The position numbers and the translations under genes are program-made. DNA of 41,764 bases, filler included, from Bonamia ostreae (Eukaryota): the NCBI GenBank assembly GCA_040357525.1. It is 20 parts of 20 records of this genome, joined end to end, with 100 filler letters (N's around TTAATTAATTAA, not from the genome) between each part and the next. Parts side by side here need not be neighbours in the genome. Positions count along the whole stretch, not along the records: positions 1 to 1,003 come from JBDODL010003087.1; positions 1,104 to 2,106 come from JBDODL010003088.1; positions 2,207 to 3,208 come from JBDODL010003089.1; positions 3,309 to 4,310 come from JBDODL010003090.1; positions 4,411 to 5,412 come from JBDODL010003091.1; positions 5,513 to 6,514 come from JBDODL010003092.1; positions 6,615 to 7,616 come from JBDODL010003093.1; positions 7,717 to 8,718 come from JBDODL010003094.1; 12 more parts are not named here. The stretch is one strand, 5' to 3'. How positions within the stretch are numbered: the stretch's first letter is position 1; the number at the start of each line of letters is the position of its first letter. Below, piece by piece: positions 1 through 11,790 of the stretch. The notes below the pieces were generated by a model. The model was not told the DNA's origin and ran no database searches. It worked only from the letters and a program-made list of their open reading frames with translations.

Positions 1-1103
1 TTTAGATTAGACTTTAAAATTCGAGGTTCCAACATTAATGACAATTTCTTAGAAATGTAAGATGATCTTTCACTTTGGATCATTGGTAGGGATGAAAATA
101 TCTGGCGATTGCAATTGTCAGCATAACACTACGTGATGTCCACATCTTTCTTTTTAGGTGGGAATGAGTGCATGAATAGTTGCCTCAGACTTTTGAAATC
201 CAGGGAACTCTTTCTTAATGGAAAACCACTATATGTTAAACCAGTAAGAGGTTATAAAGAGCTAATGCGAATAAGATAGAATTTATGGATGTAGTACTGT
301 CTGGAGACATTTTTGAAGAATTCCATAAGCGTAAAATCCTACCACTGCCACATTTCATGTAAAGGAAAGCTATGAAATCTGCAATGAATCGAGCTTGGAG
401 TGGGGTACTTAGAATGGTGGATCTGAAGTTTTTGAGAAATACTGCGGTGTAGTATCTGTCTATCCAGTTGTAAGATATTACAGATTTAGGCTCATGATGA
501 CCGGAAGAATTTACGCACTTGACTACTTTGCTATACACACACATATATACTCGTACTTCACATGCAGGAACGGTTTACTTGAGAATACTCCAGGGTCTTG
601 TATTATCCAAACCATTTTATTCCTCTTCTCCCACAAAACCTTTTCAAACAAAAAGAGTTGGAAAATAAAGATTGAGTTGTCAATTTGGTAAATTTAATTG
701 AATTAAAACAAGATCAGAAAGCTGATTTTAAAAGTAGAGTTGACAATGTGACTGGTTTGGATACAGGAAGTGAAGTTGACACATTTCACACTCGGAGGTT
801 GAAGCAAGTAGGGACGGTGTATACTGGAAAGAACTAATCATGATGTTTTCTGTGGTACCCCTGGATCAAAATAACAACCTGAAGTGAAACAGAAACCGAT
901 CCATAAGATTTTATGGTCACGGTACATCTGACACTTTCTCACTTAAAGAGGATACATTAACGCCTTCATTCAGTTCCATAGTTAGAATGGAATATCTTTG
1001 TCANNNNNNNNNNNNNNNNNNNNNNNNNNNNNNNNNNNNNNNNNNNNTTAATTAATTAANNNNNNNNNNNNNNNNNNNNNNNNNNNNNNNNNNNNNNNNN
1101 NNN

Positions 1104-1300
1104 ATTTTGTGCAAATATTGTTAACAAAATTGTTTTATCGCTTTTTTGTTTAATTTTGTGCAAATATTGTTTAACAAAATTGTTTTATCGCTTTTTTGTT
1201 TAATTTTGTGCAAATATTGTTAACAAAATTGTTTTATCGCTTTTTTGTTTAATTTTGAGCAAATAATGTTTAACAAAATTGTTTTATCGCTTTTTTGTTA
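1104..1300 (+). repeat. Intronic minisatellite, about 4 x 49-50 bp
   Basis: Unit ATTTTGTGCAAATATTGTTAACAAAATTGTTTTATCGCTTTTTTGTTTA is repeated up to the AG acceptor at 1306-1307. Confidence 0.9.
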
Positions 1301-1307
1301 AACTTAG

Positions 1308-2096
1308 GTAAAACACGACGTCGAACATGAAATGGCACCGAAAAAAGAAATCGTTATCAAATGTGAATTGTCGTCAAGACAGAGAATTTTGTACAATGCC
1401 GTTAAAGACCAATTCCGTAGTGACTTCAGCAAGAGAAATCAAGACAAATTGGCTGGAGAAAAAGACTTATACAACGCAGTTATGCAATTTAGAAAAGTTT
1501 GCAACCATCCAAACATTTACCAAAAACGGCTTAAAAAAACTCCGCTCTCTTTTAATGTGAGATTGCCGCCGCAAATATTATTAACCAATTTACCGAAAGA
1601 AGAAATCGGCAAAAGAATTTTGCATTTTGAGTTTCAAAATCCAATTTGTTTTCGAATTCCGCGTTGTGTAGACAACGAAAAATGTTTGCAAATTTTATTA
1701 TTTTGTTCAAATTGAATTTTCTAAAATGAAATTAAAAGGTCAAAAAATGGATGCAAAATATTTTAACAAATTTAACGTTTTTGGAGTTGAAAATATAAAC
1801 GGAAACGAAAATTTTGCGTTTGCCAAATTTTTCAAAATGACTTTAAATGAAATCGGTTAAATTTTAATAAATTTATCAAATAAATTTTAACTTATTTTTA
1901 ACAATTTTACGACAGTTTTATTATTTGCATAAATCTTAAATTTAAGAAAGTTACGCAAAATCGGATAAATTGCTGAGATGGATTTTTGATCAGCAAAAAG
2001 AAAAAAATTGGCTAAATATTAAAAAACTTGATTTTCGAAAACATTTTAAAAATCTCGACGAATATCCTAATTTAATTAAAAATGCTTTTATTCCAG
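1308..2096 (+). CDS. INO80: Partial SNF2-family chromatin remodeller, INO80-like (exons approx. 1308-1683, 1739-1855, 1947-2096)
   Basis: VKHDVEHEMAPKKEIVIKCELSSRQRILY...VMQFRKVCNHP matches the INO80 ATPase linker. GT-AG introns at 1684-1738 and 1856-1946 keep the frame into the insertion region (FNKFNVFGVENI...FAFAKFF). Confidence 0.85.
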
Positions 2097-3129
2097 GTAA
2101 TTTGGCNNNNNNNNNNNNNNNNNNNNNNNNNNNNNNNNNNNNNNNNNNNNTTAATTAATTAANNNNNNNNNNNNNNNNNNNNNNNNNNNNNNNNNNNNNN
2201 NNNNNNCAAACCATTACTGTGTTATATGATTATGTTTATGCTATGTATAAGCATGATATGATATGGTATAGCGAAAATTCCTTTAAATCATGAAATGCGA
2301 TCTCAACCATATGCATCACTTTATACATTACAAATATTATCATCAAATGATCATCTTGAAATATGATTTTGTGGAGGATCATGATATCATAAACGAAATG
2401 ACGTCATCGTGAAATTAGCTACATAAAGATCTGTTTTGAACACCCCCGTAAAATCGTGAATATGAATGTATTAAGATAAATTAAACTTACCTAGTACTTT
2501 TAGGCACACCCTATGATTATATTATCTTGGCAATTTGTTTCGAAAGTGATTGACATAAGTTCTGTATATAATGAATAGAGAAGGCAGTCCATATTCATCA
2601 AATTTGTAGTTCGAAGTTGGTTGTGTTATGTATTCAACTATTTCAAGTTTATCGGATGTTTAAAAAGAAAAGCAATAGCGAACAATTTTCGATATCATTA
2701 ACATCTGGTAACTGTGCTGGCCACAACATATCATTGTCATTTTTGAAATTTATGACACTCCGTGTGCGATGCATTGGTGCATTGTTGTCTTGGAAAATAG
2801 TAATCAGTCTGACAACAACTGACCATAGTTCATTATGTATCGTATGTGTGAATGTTTGGACGTTTGCATTACCATCAACAACTGCTAAGTTACCACATCA
2901 ACTCAAAAAGATGCAACATCAAATACTCGTGCTGATATTTGCGCTGTGACTAGGACTAATATATTGGAACATCCACTCTATGGGACTCCGTCACACATAT
3001 ACACTTACCACTTAACTTTAAGAAACATTTGAGACGGTTCAGTCACCATTAACGTTTCATTGCTTCTCCCCAAGTCCAAGTTAGGGTTTTGCTTAAATTG
3101 ACCTCTTGAATGTGATATACACATAGCAA

Positions 3130-3208
3130 CAGGTTTGTTATATGTATTCCGAAACATGCTGTCTGACATATTCCATACGCTCGTGGCACACTGATTTTGA
3201 CTATGGGT
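3130..3208 (+). mobile_element. Fragment of an oyster-type interspersed repeat
   Basis: ...CATATTCCATACG...CACACTGATTTTGACTATGG resembles an abundant Ostreidae repeat as I recall it; not verified by search. Confidence 0.45.
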
Positions 3209-3345
3209 NNNNNNNNNNNNNNNNNNNNNNNNNNNNNNNNNNNNNNNNNNNNTTAATTAATTAANNNNNNNNNNNNNNNNNNNNNNNNNNNNNNNNNNNN
3301 NNNNNNNNCGTTTGTTATAGAAAAAATGGCTCAAACTGGTTATTA

Positions 3346-3481
3346 TTTGATCAAATTTTGATTGATTTTGTCGTTTTACAATATTTTGATCTAATTTTGA
3401 TTGATTTTGTCGTTTTACAATATTTTGATCAAATTTTGATTGTTTTTGTCGTTTTACAATATTTTGATCAAATTTTGATTA
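3346..3481 (+). repeat. 39-bp tandem repeat, about 3.5 copies
   Basis: Unit TTTGATCAAATTTTGATTGATTTTGTCGTTTTACAATAT. Confidence 0.9.
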
Positions 3482-3765
3482 TTATTATTATAGAATATAG
3501 AGTCTTGAAGGGGTGTTCAGAGTTGATAGCAAGATCGTCGCTAGTAGCGATTTTCATAATAGCGAGAAAAATGATTGGCGACAATAAATGACATTTCAAA
3601 ATAACAAATTTCACCCGAACTGCAAAAACGGGGTTGACCAATCAATAAGAACAACAAATAAAAACTTTATATTCGAAAAACCGAACACAATAAAAGCTTA
3701 CAAAACCAACATTAACTTTTTTCTATATAAAATTAAAGCTCATATTATATATAAAATATTAACAA

Positions 3766-4293
3766 ATGGACTATCACATTGAGCGCAAGGAAATTACTCC
3801 AGACGCCAAAACAGAAAATAATAAGAAAACTGAACTAAAAACGGAGTACTTATTTTTCGATGGACGTTTTCTGACTGTTCTTTTCAGCGTAATTTTCCAA
3901 ATAACCGGTCTCTTCTTCGTCGGTTTATCCGTTTTCTACATCTTTGTCGCAACGTATACAACTTTTAAGTACTCCAATTGTTCTATTCTTCGAATCGATA
4001 AAGCTATTTTGGGACTTGTTGACTGGTTCGCCAAATTAATTTTTAGTTCTGATTCGAAGAACCAAACTTTCTATTCTGCGATAAACAAGAGCAGAGCGAT
4101 AATCTGCGCCATTTGCTTCGCAGTGATTATTTATATAAAATCGCAAGCCGGAACAAGCAATATTGTTTATCAAAAATTGGAAGATGCGAAAACGATGGAC
4201 AACTTTATAAAAGGATTGTATTTTGATGGGTTCGTGGCGCATATTTTTGTTGAACTTTTTCTTTTCAGTGTCGCCATTGTTTATTTTTTTTAA
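3766..4293 (+). CDS. Hypothetical multi-pass membrane protein, 175 aa
   Basis: Intact ATG-TAA ORF after an A-rich leader, with about 3 hydrophobic segments; no family recognised. Confidence 0.6.
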   Translation: MDYHIERKEITPDAKTENNKKTELKTEYLFFDGRFLTVLFSVIFQITGLFFVGLSVFYIFVATYTTFKYSNCSILRIDKAILGLVDWFAKLIFSSDSKNQTFYSAINKSRAIICAICFAVIIYIKSQAGTSNIVYQKLEDAKTMDNFIKGLYFDGFVAHIFVELFLFSVAIVYFF

Positions 4294-4410
4294 TTTTTTT
4301 AATCATAATTNNNNNNNNNNNNNNNNNNNNNNNNNNNNNNNNNNNNNNNNNNNNTTAATTAATTAANNNNNNNNNNNNNNNNNNNNNNNNNNNNNNNNNN
4401 NNNNNNNNNN

Positions 4411-5412
4411 ATCGGTATTGAATATCGCACGTATCTCACGTAATTGATCTTCATATAACTGCGCGTGCCAAAGTGAAGAACGCACACCTTTTTGAACATC
4501 ATCCGCAGTTATTTCTCGACCAGTTAATCTACCCAACCCCTTAGTTGAAAACGCTTTAATGCGTTGAAGGTTATCTTTGCATATCTCACATTTGTTATTG
4601 TCGGTATTGTGTACTTGCAAAATTTTCATTTCTACGTCAGCCGGCTGTGCATTTGAGGATCGTTGGGGTAGATCTATCGGTTGTGATTTGGTAGTTGCGA
4701 GTGTTTGTCGGTTATGTATAGATTGTTGTTCTGGAAGTATAGATTGTTGTTGGACAGGCATAGGTAATCGTTGACCATATGTGGGTGGTGGTTGGCTAAT
4801 TGTAGGTGGCGGTTGACTAATTGTAGGTGGTGGTTGACTAATTGTAGGTGGTGGTCGAGAAGACACATGTGGTTGTCGAGCAGTTGCAGGTGATGGTTGG
4901 GTATACGCATGTGATTGTTGCTTCGCTCGCTTGGTTGGTTGGGGGTCATCTTCGGTTTTCACTTTTCTCACTTTACTATCATGAAGGTTTTCTGCGCCAC
5001 CATCCAAAGATCGTTTATTATTCTCCATATAATTACCAGCCATTATTACATCTTCCGGTGCGCCACCCGGTGTATCGATTGATGCGCTGATTAAGGAAGT
5101 ATTATTCGACTCTTGAGTAGACGATGGACCAGCTGCTTCGAGCAGTTTTAAAAAGTCATTATCGGACATCGGTGCGACCGATGGGATGGTAGCCGATGGG
5201 ATGGTGACCGATGGGATGGGAGCCGATGTGCTCGCGACCGATGTAGTGGGAGCCGATGGGATGGTGACCGATGGGGTGGCGACCGATGTGTTGGTGGCCG
5301 GTGTGTTGGTGGCCGATGTGTTGGTGGCCGGTGTATTGGTGGCCGGTGTGTTGGTGACCGATGTGTTGGTGGCCGGTGTATTGGTGGCCGGTGTGTTGGT
5401 GACCGATGTGTT
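4411..5412 (-). CDS. Partial low-complexity protein; frame open across the whole contig
   Basis: The frame of the 268-aa ORF stays open upstream of Met 5169 through (TNTPA/TNTSV)n and TIPSV repeats. It also contains PPTISQP repeats and a CEIC motif. Confidence 0.6.
5280..5412. repeat. 15-bp coding tandem repeat
   Basis: Unit GGTGGCCGGTGTGTT with variants. Confidence 0.9.
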
Positions 5413-5512
5413 NNNNNNNNNNNNNNNNNNNNNNNNNNNNNNNNNNNNNNNNNNNNTTAATTAATTAANNNNNNNNNNNNNNNNNNNNNNNNNNNNNNNN
5501 NNNNNNNNNNNN

Positions 5513-6099
5513 TCAAACCGGTGTTTCTGACATTCTTTGGAATTTTCGTCTGTCTCCTTTGTCATTGAAAAAGAAATGAAAATTTATGTTTGATACACTG
5601 AAGGGAAAATAATTCCTAAAGTATTTCATCTGTTTTAATGGTATACCTTTTCAAAATGATAATACCGATGACAACTCCAGCCACGATCAGTACCATAACT
5701 ATTACTAAGATGCCCACCAAAACACCGTCTTCTGAAAGAGAACAAAAAACTCAACACAATCACTACAAATGCTTTCTCTCTTCTTTGTCAGTTCAAACAG
5801 ATGTACAATATCAGTATTCTTATACCGTTACTGTCTTGCTGACTTGAGTTCCTATTGACATGACTATCCTTCGTTGTATTTATTACTACATTTGTAGCTG
5901 CTGATGTAGTGACTTTCGTTGTTGCTGTTTGTTTTGTCGTTGAACTTATCGTTGAACTTGTCGTTGATCTTGTCGATGAACTTGTCGTTGAACTTGTCGA
6001 TGAACTTGTCGTTGAACTTGTCGATGAACTTGTCGTTGAACTTGCTGTTGGACTTGTCGATGAACCTGTCGTTGCTTTTGTTATGTTTGTTGTTGGTAT
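5513..6099 (-). CDS. Partial type-I transmembrane protein with Ser/Thr-rich stalk (exons 6099-5826, 5731-5647, 5556-5513)
   Basis: Phase-compatible GT-AG introns join a TTSSSTSS stalk to EDGVLVGILVIVMVLIVAGVVIGIIILK and a basic stop-transfer RRQTK; animal-like architecture. Confidence 0.75.
5938..6070. repeat. 12/24-bp coding tandem repeat
   Basis: Unit GAACTTGTCG(T/A)T. Confidence 0.9.
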
Positions 6100-8818
6100 C
6101 TTCGGTAAAAATAATTTCAAATAAGAGAAACAACTGCTTTCAGATATATTGGATACGTATATGTAAGGTATTCCGAAGATCTTATTGTTATTGTAAAGTT
6201 TTTAAGGTATGAAATGTCTCATTGTTATTGTAAGCTTGTCCCCCTATTATTCTTAAATTTGTTCATACAAATCTAGATTTCTTTAGAGAATTGATCCACA
6301 ATGCCAATGTAGATCAGTTCTTTGGACAAATAGGACGTGTCTAAATTCACTCTGCTCTTAGCATTGATTGCCAATCCAATCAAAACCAAATATATGTAAT
6401 CTGCGGTGTAAATATATTTCGTAATTTAGTGCAATGTGTATTTATATCTAGTTTTTGTAGTTTTTGTTGTTTTGTTATCATTGCCATATGTAATTAAAGG
6501 ACAAGTCTTCGCGANNNNNNNNNNNNNNNNNNNNNNNNNNNNNNNNNNNNNNNNNNNNTTAATTAATTAANNNNNNNNNNNNNNNNNNNNNNNNNNNNNN
6601 NNNNNNNNNNNNNNTGATTGTATTACATTAAAATCATAATGAAAACCCTGTAAGTGTACGAATAAAAACATATAGATGCGTGCTTGTTTTATTGGTGGTG
6701 AAAATCCAATTCTAAATATTGCTATGTAAATAAGTTATGAACCACAACCTATTTGATTTTTAAGCATATACATTATTTAACATCACATCATTATGTATTG
6801 GTTTCGTGAGATATGGAAGTTGAATGGTAGTCTCAGAAACTCATTTACCCGAGTTTGACCTATATAGTATTTACATTGGCGTATCGACATAGTGTTCATT
6901 TCTTTTAAAATAAACACCGCCCTCACAATGGCTGTCCGAATGTTACCAAGACTCACCAGGATCGCTTCATATTGACACATCACTTACGCAACAAGGTTAG
7001 AACTGCATAAAAAGTGTGACACCGGGGACACACAATTCAGGAACAAGCCAAGTTACTGTCTATAGACATCCCCGCTCTTCCTGCACCAATGCGCGTCGGG
7101 TAGTAGTAGAAAATACAAGTTACCCGTCATTGACGAGACACAAACTCCTGATGACCGAGACGTCACCGTGCAAATGTGTTTACTGTGTAAAGAAGACAGA
7201 ATGTATTATTCTCTTTAGACTAAAGATCCGCTATTCACAGTTCTGATGGTAGTCGGTGTGTGTTCCGACGTCGCAGTGAACCCGTTCCGATAACTGCAGT
7301 GTGAAAAATGACATGTGTTGTAATGCTAGCTCTTTGTAATGGGAGGGCCCTAAAACCAGCTTCGCCATCATGTAAATCAACCTTACAGATCGGATCTTAA
7401 CGCTGTTTTTCAACCTGACGCCGTACGATCTGACCGCCAACACAGCTTATTTTTTGTATTATATATGGTTGTACGTGCTACGATGTGCAGTGAAATTGAT
7501 TCTCCTCAGCAAACAATATCGAGACATTTACCTTGTTGATCAGTGCATACATGTACAGTATTAAATCAAAGCTTTGAAATAGACCAACAGGGAAATGAAT
7601 CTATAAATCGTAGAATNNNNNNNNNNNNNNNNNNNNNNNNNNNNNNNNNNNNNNNNNNNNTTAATTAATTAANNNNNNNNNNNNNNNNNNNNNNNNNNNN
7701 NNNNNNNNNNNNNNNNGATTTAACTACTGTAAGTTGTGTTCAGTGATCGTATTTATCCACTAGACAAGTGGGAATGTATTTAGCCAAATAATGTGATATG
7801 TTAGTGGCATTTCCTTTCTTTGTGCAGTCTTGCTTCAGTTATCAAGGAAATAATTCTTACTTTTTATAGTTGGATCATCGTTTTCAGTCCTGCAGGAGGG
7901 GTCTTTAACCGTTTTTTCTAAAACAAAATAGAAAACGATGACTTTTTAAATAAAAAGGAAAAGGTAACGAAAAGGGTGTGATTTCTGTAATCCTTCAGAA
8001 AATGAGAACGAACAAACAAAGACTTTTGATTACACCAGAAAATACACCAGTGACTGGATGACATTCTTCTAGATATAATTCAATTCAAAGTCGACCTTAT
8101 CTCCGTCACACTTTTATATTTTATAGAATGCAAATGTAAACTAATCAATCCACTTCTATATAGACTTGCTTGTTTTGTATTGGATTTGTTTCAAAATGGA
8201 GACATGCATACTATTGACTTAACAGGTGATGTTACAATGTTGCAAAGTCTCCTTTAAAGTCAACATTTTGTAAAGTGAATGGTCGTTATTACGATGAGAT
8301 TTGAAACGAAAAGTTGTAACCGAGTTAAATGCTGACTGGCGTGTTTTATATAGATGTAACATAGTGATTTTGCATATGGATTACTTTGTTTACTTGATTA
8401 AACATTGATCGACTAGGACTGCTTTCACCTCAACGCATCTGCTACCAACCATCTGTGTGGTTCGTGTTTGACCTGATTATACTTTTGTATTCTTCATAGA
8501 AATCATGGCAGTGGTTATTGCATGTTACCTTCACCTTATCACGAATCACATTCGGCAACGTTTGAGTTAATTGGAGTGGTATATGCAAAATAGAACATTA
8601 AAACGAGCATAAACTTTGTGAAAACTTGATTTTAAGCGAGACTGTTGACACCCTTGCAACGTCGTTGTTTTTAAAACACAGTCTTAAGTAAGAAATTGAA
8701 TTCGAAAATGTTTATGTTNNNNNNNNNNNNNNNNNNNNNNNNNNNNNNNNNNNNNNNNNNNNTTAATTAATTAANNNNNNNNNNNNNNNNNNNNNNNNNN
8801 NNNNNNNNNNNNNNNNNN

Positions 8819-8880
8819 CTCCGTTTACCTGATCTGGATATAGGGATTATGGTGGGTGTGATTCGACGTCCATAAGGACA
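8819..8880 (+). mobile_element. Fragment of the same oyster-type repeat; a more decayed copy lies near 8360-8540
   Basis: CTCCGTTTACCTGATCTGGATATAGGG...GGGTGTGA matches the remembered continuation of that repeat; not verified. Confidence 0.45.
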
Positions 8881-10005
8881 GTTTGGATATAAAACATCAC
8901 GGGGGTGGGCGAGAAGGAGATATATATCATCTATGATTATTGAATATTTCTATCACGTTATTGAATATTCCTATCACATGCACTTTTAGTATACATTTCT
9001 TTTACATTATACTAATTCACTTCCAAGATACGACAGTACAATTCACAACACTTAACAGGAACTAGGAGAGCCCAAAGTATCAACCATAGTGGATATTACC
9101 AATTTTCAGCACCAACAGAAGTTATCAGTACCAAAAGTAAAATAGTAATTATTAGAAATTATCGCAAACCAACAACCCGACAATTATAGTAATTATCAGC
9201 ATCAATGCCACTCTCAGTTATGTTGTACTGATTAAATTTGCATGTTTAGTACAGGTGTTTCAGGGTGAAAACAAAATCTTTACTCAGAAAAAATGTTTTT
9301 AAGCCGTCTCATCTCGTTAACGTTTGTGAATAGTGATTGTGAAATCCCTTAGCTTTTCTGATATTAATACCAAATTAAAAATAAACGGAAAAAATTTACG
9401 AAAAAAGAACCAAGGGACGATGCTTAATTAAATATGTGAGACGGCTTTCGAACTGCATTGCAAAAACAAACCAGCACTTCCATCGCAAAATGAAGTCAAT
9501 CGAACTCTTTTCCCTCTATAATCCACCAGGAATTAGATCACATGAATTGAACACTCTTCCATCTTTAATTGTGTCGTATTTTAAGAATTGCTTTTCTAGA
9601 TGTTTTGAATGCTAAAAAACTGTGAACAACCTGTGACAATTTTAGATTTGTCAATAATAATTTCAAATATTATATGTTATTGTTTATCAACGCTACGATG
9701 TATCTTGAGTAGCATTTCAACAATATCCATGTTGTAATATTTTAGGAAGTAGCACATAAACAAATGCATCGTTCATGTACGCTGATTTAATTCCTATTGA
9801 TCCTTCTAAATTATTTGATNNNNNNNNNNNNNNNNNNNNNNNNNNNNNNNNNNNNNNNNNNNNTTAATTAATTAANNNNNNNNNNNNNNNNNNNNNNNNN
9901 NNNNNNNNNNNNNNNNNNNTAAAAAATGAAGTAAAATTGTTTGTCGATAGATATTAAAAAATGAAGTAAAATTGAGAAATAAATCTCGATTTCGTTTAAT
10001 ATAAA

Positions 10006-10358
10006 TTGGCAACATTGAAAAGATATGAAACAAAAACAATTAAAATAAACGATCCCGAATCTTATTTGGAAAACGACACAAAAACGAAGAAACGGCTAAA
10101 AACGCCACAATTCAAATTGCTCTCGAAAAGACAAAGCGATTTAAAACCAATTTTAAAGGAAATGAGACTCAAAAAGAAAGTCTTTTCGTTTAAAAAAGAA
10201 GACGAAAACGTTAAATTTTTAAATTTTTAGAAACTGAAAAACGAAAGAGAAAAGCTAAAACAAAACGTTTTACAACGGATTATTCAAACAGAACTGTTTT
10301 TTACTAAATTTTTAGAGAAGAAATCAAACAACAAAATCTCGGCGAAACTAAACAATGA
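10006..10358 (+). CDS. 3' part of a hypothetical Lys-rich protein with two very short introns (10210-10230, 10296-10315)
   Basis: Removing GTTAAATTTTTAAATTTTTAG (21 nt) deletes the in-frame TAG. Removing GTTTTTTACTAAATTTTTAG (20 nt) gives LEEIKQQNLGETKQ*. Confidence 0.5.
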
Positions 10359-10386
10359 AAATTTTAAATTTGCAAATTTTGCAATT

Positions 10387-10920
10387 CTAATTATTAACAC
10401 CTCTTCTATTGTTACCACCACCTCTTCTGTTATTACCACCACCTCTTCTGTTGTTACCACCGCCTCTTCTGTTATTACCGCTGCCCCTTCCTCTTCTGTT
10501 ACCGCCTCTTCTGTTATTACCACCACCTCTTCTATTGTTACCACCACCTCTTCTGTTGTTGCCACCACCTCTTCTGTTGTTACCGCTACCACCTCTTCTA
10601 TTGTTGCCATCATTTCGATCAAGATGATTGCCAATCTCGATTTTTTTAGTAATTTGTCTAAATTTTGTATAAAAACATTAATTTCAAAATGTTTTCATCA
10701 TTTTCGCCATCGTCAATTTTTCCGCAAAAGACGCAAATCTCTTTTTGGATTTTGTCGGTTTTCTTAATTTCGAAGTCGAATTTGAACGCGGCGCATTCGG
10801 AGCATTTGGAATCGGTTTTTAGAGAGATTTGCCGAAAACTGTTTTCGAATTTGAATTTTTGGCAGTTTTGGCAATGGACGCAGCGAAGCAGAAATTTTGC
10901 ATTGTTGCTGAGAGTGTCGA
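10387..10920 (-). CDS. TOP3B: C-terminus of DNA/RNA topoisomerase III beta (zinc ribbons plus RGG tail), intron 10676-10658
   Basis: DTLSNNAKFLLRCVHC...FENSFRQI...CSECAAFKFDF...CVFC parallels the TOP3B C4 motifs (CNKC...FENAHRV...CSVCEA...CVFC). It is followed by (GNNRRGG)n ending at TAG 10389-10387. Confidence 0.75.
10398..10610. repeat. 21-bp coding tandem repeat encoding GNNRRGG on the minus strand
   Basis: Unit ACCACCACCTCTTCTGTTGTT with variants, about 10 copies. Confidence 0.95.
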
Positions 10921-11144
10921 NNNNNNNNNNNNNNNNNNNNNNNNNNNNNNNNNNNNNNNNNNNNTTAATTAATTAANNNNNNNNNNNNNNNNNNNNNNNN
11001 NNNNNNNNNNNNNNNNNNNNCGACGCTTCGTTTTCGAAGATTTGTCGTTATAACCATTAAAAACCAAAATTTACAATTTTGAAAAATCTATTTACTGTGT
11101 TAGTGTAAAAAGAATTTTGTAATTAATCAATTTAATGTCGCCCA

Positions 11145-11790
11145 TCAAAACTCGGTGTGCTTTGCAAATTGTTCTATTTTAAAAAAAATTTTGAGAATGT
11201 TTAAAAAATAACCATCGACTTTTCTACGATCTTTTATGTACTCTTCTTGATTTTCTCGTTGCATTCTAATGACTTTTTTGGCAAAATTATTGTTTGGCTT
11301 TCGCCGCTTTTTCGATTTGTATTCCAAAAGCTTCGATATATAGCCATCTTCAATTTCATCTAAATATTCTTCGTTTTCGTCATCTTCTGAATGATCGAAT
11401 TCGTCTCGAAGTTTTTTCAATGCTAAAATTTAATGGAAATTGATTATTCAATTAAACGAACAATTTTGGTTGTTCAATTATAAAACTTTCTTTTTGTTTA
11501 TTCGTTAAAGTGCTCTTTTTCTTTCCGTTATTAAAAACTTGGAAATGTTCTTTAAAAGCCATTTCAATCTCAGAATCAACAAAATCGTTTTTTGAATGCA
11601 AAACTCTAATGTCGACTCCATCGTCTCCATGTTTTGCATTTTTCATTCTTTCTTCGAACAGTCTTACTTTCTCTTTTTGGGCCGCCATTTCTTCCTCGGT
11701 CATATCGTACAAGTCTTCAATGCTATTTTTGCCGAGCACTTTTTTCATTGTTTTTGTAATTTCTTCGCTCAGACATTTTACTCTGCAATC
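11145..11790 (-). CDS. Exons of a hypothetical charged protein (protist-like)
   Basis: Two K/E-rich ORFs are separated by a short AT-rich segment ending TTTTAG; no family recognised. Confidence 0.55.

Noticed and set aside
1-1003. Protein-like stretches with in-frame stops, suggesting a mitovirus or alternative genetic code
   Set aside because: TAA, TAG and TGA all interrupt the frames and no RdRp motif is seen; at most a decayed element.
1048-1059. Periodic TTAATTAATTAA motif
   Set aside because: Artificial linker within N runs; ORFs running into X residues are artefacts.
5186-6212. VAGVL, VELVD and LSLN repeat ORFs
   Set aside because: Shadow frames of minus-strand coding repeats.
10284-10634. 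Poly-Pro/Leu ORF and TEEVV ORF
   Set aside because: Alternative frames of the RGG-coding repeat.
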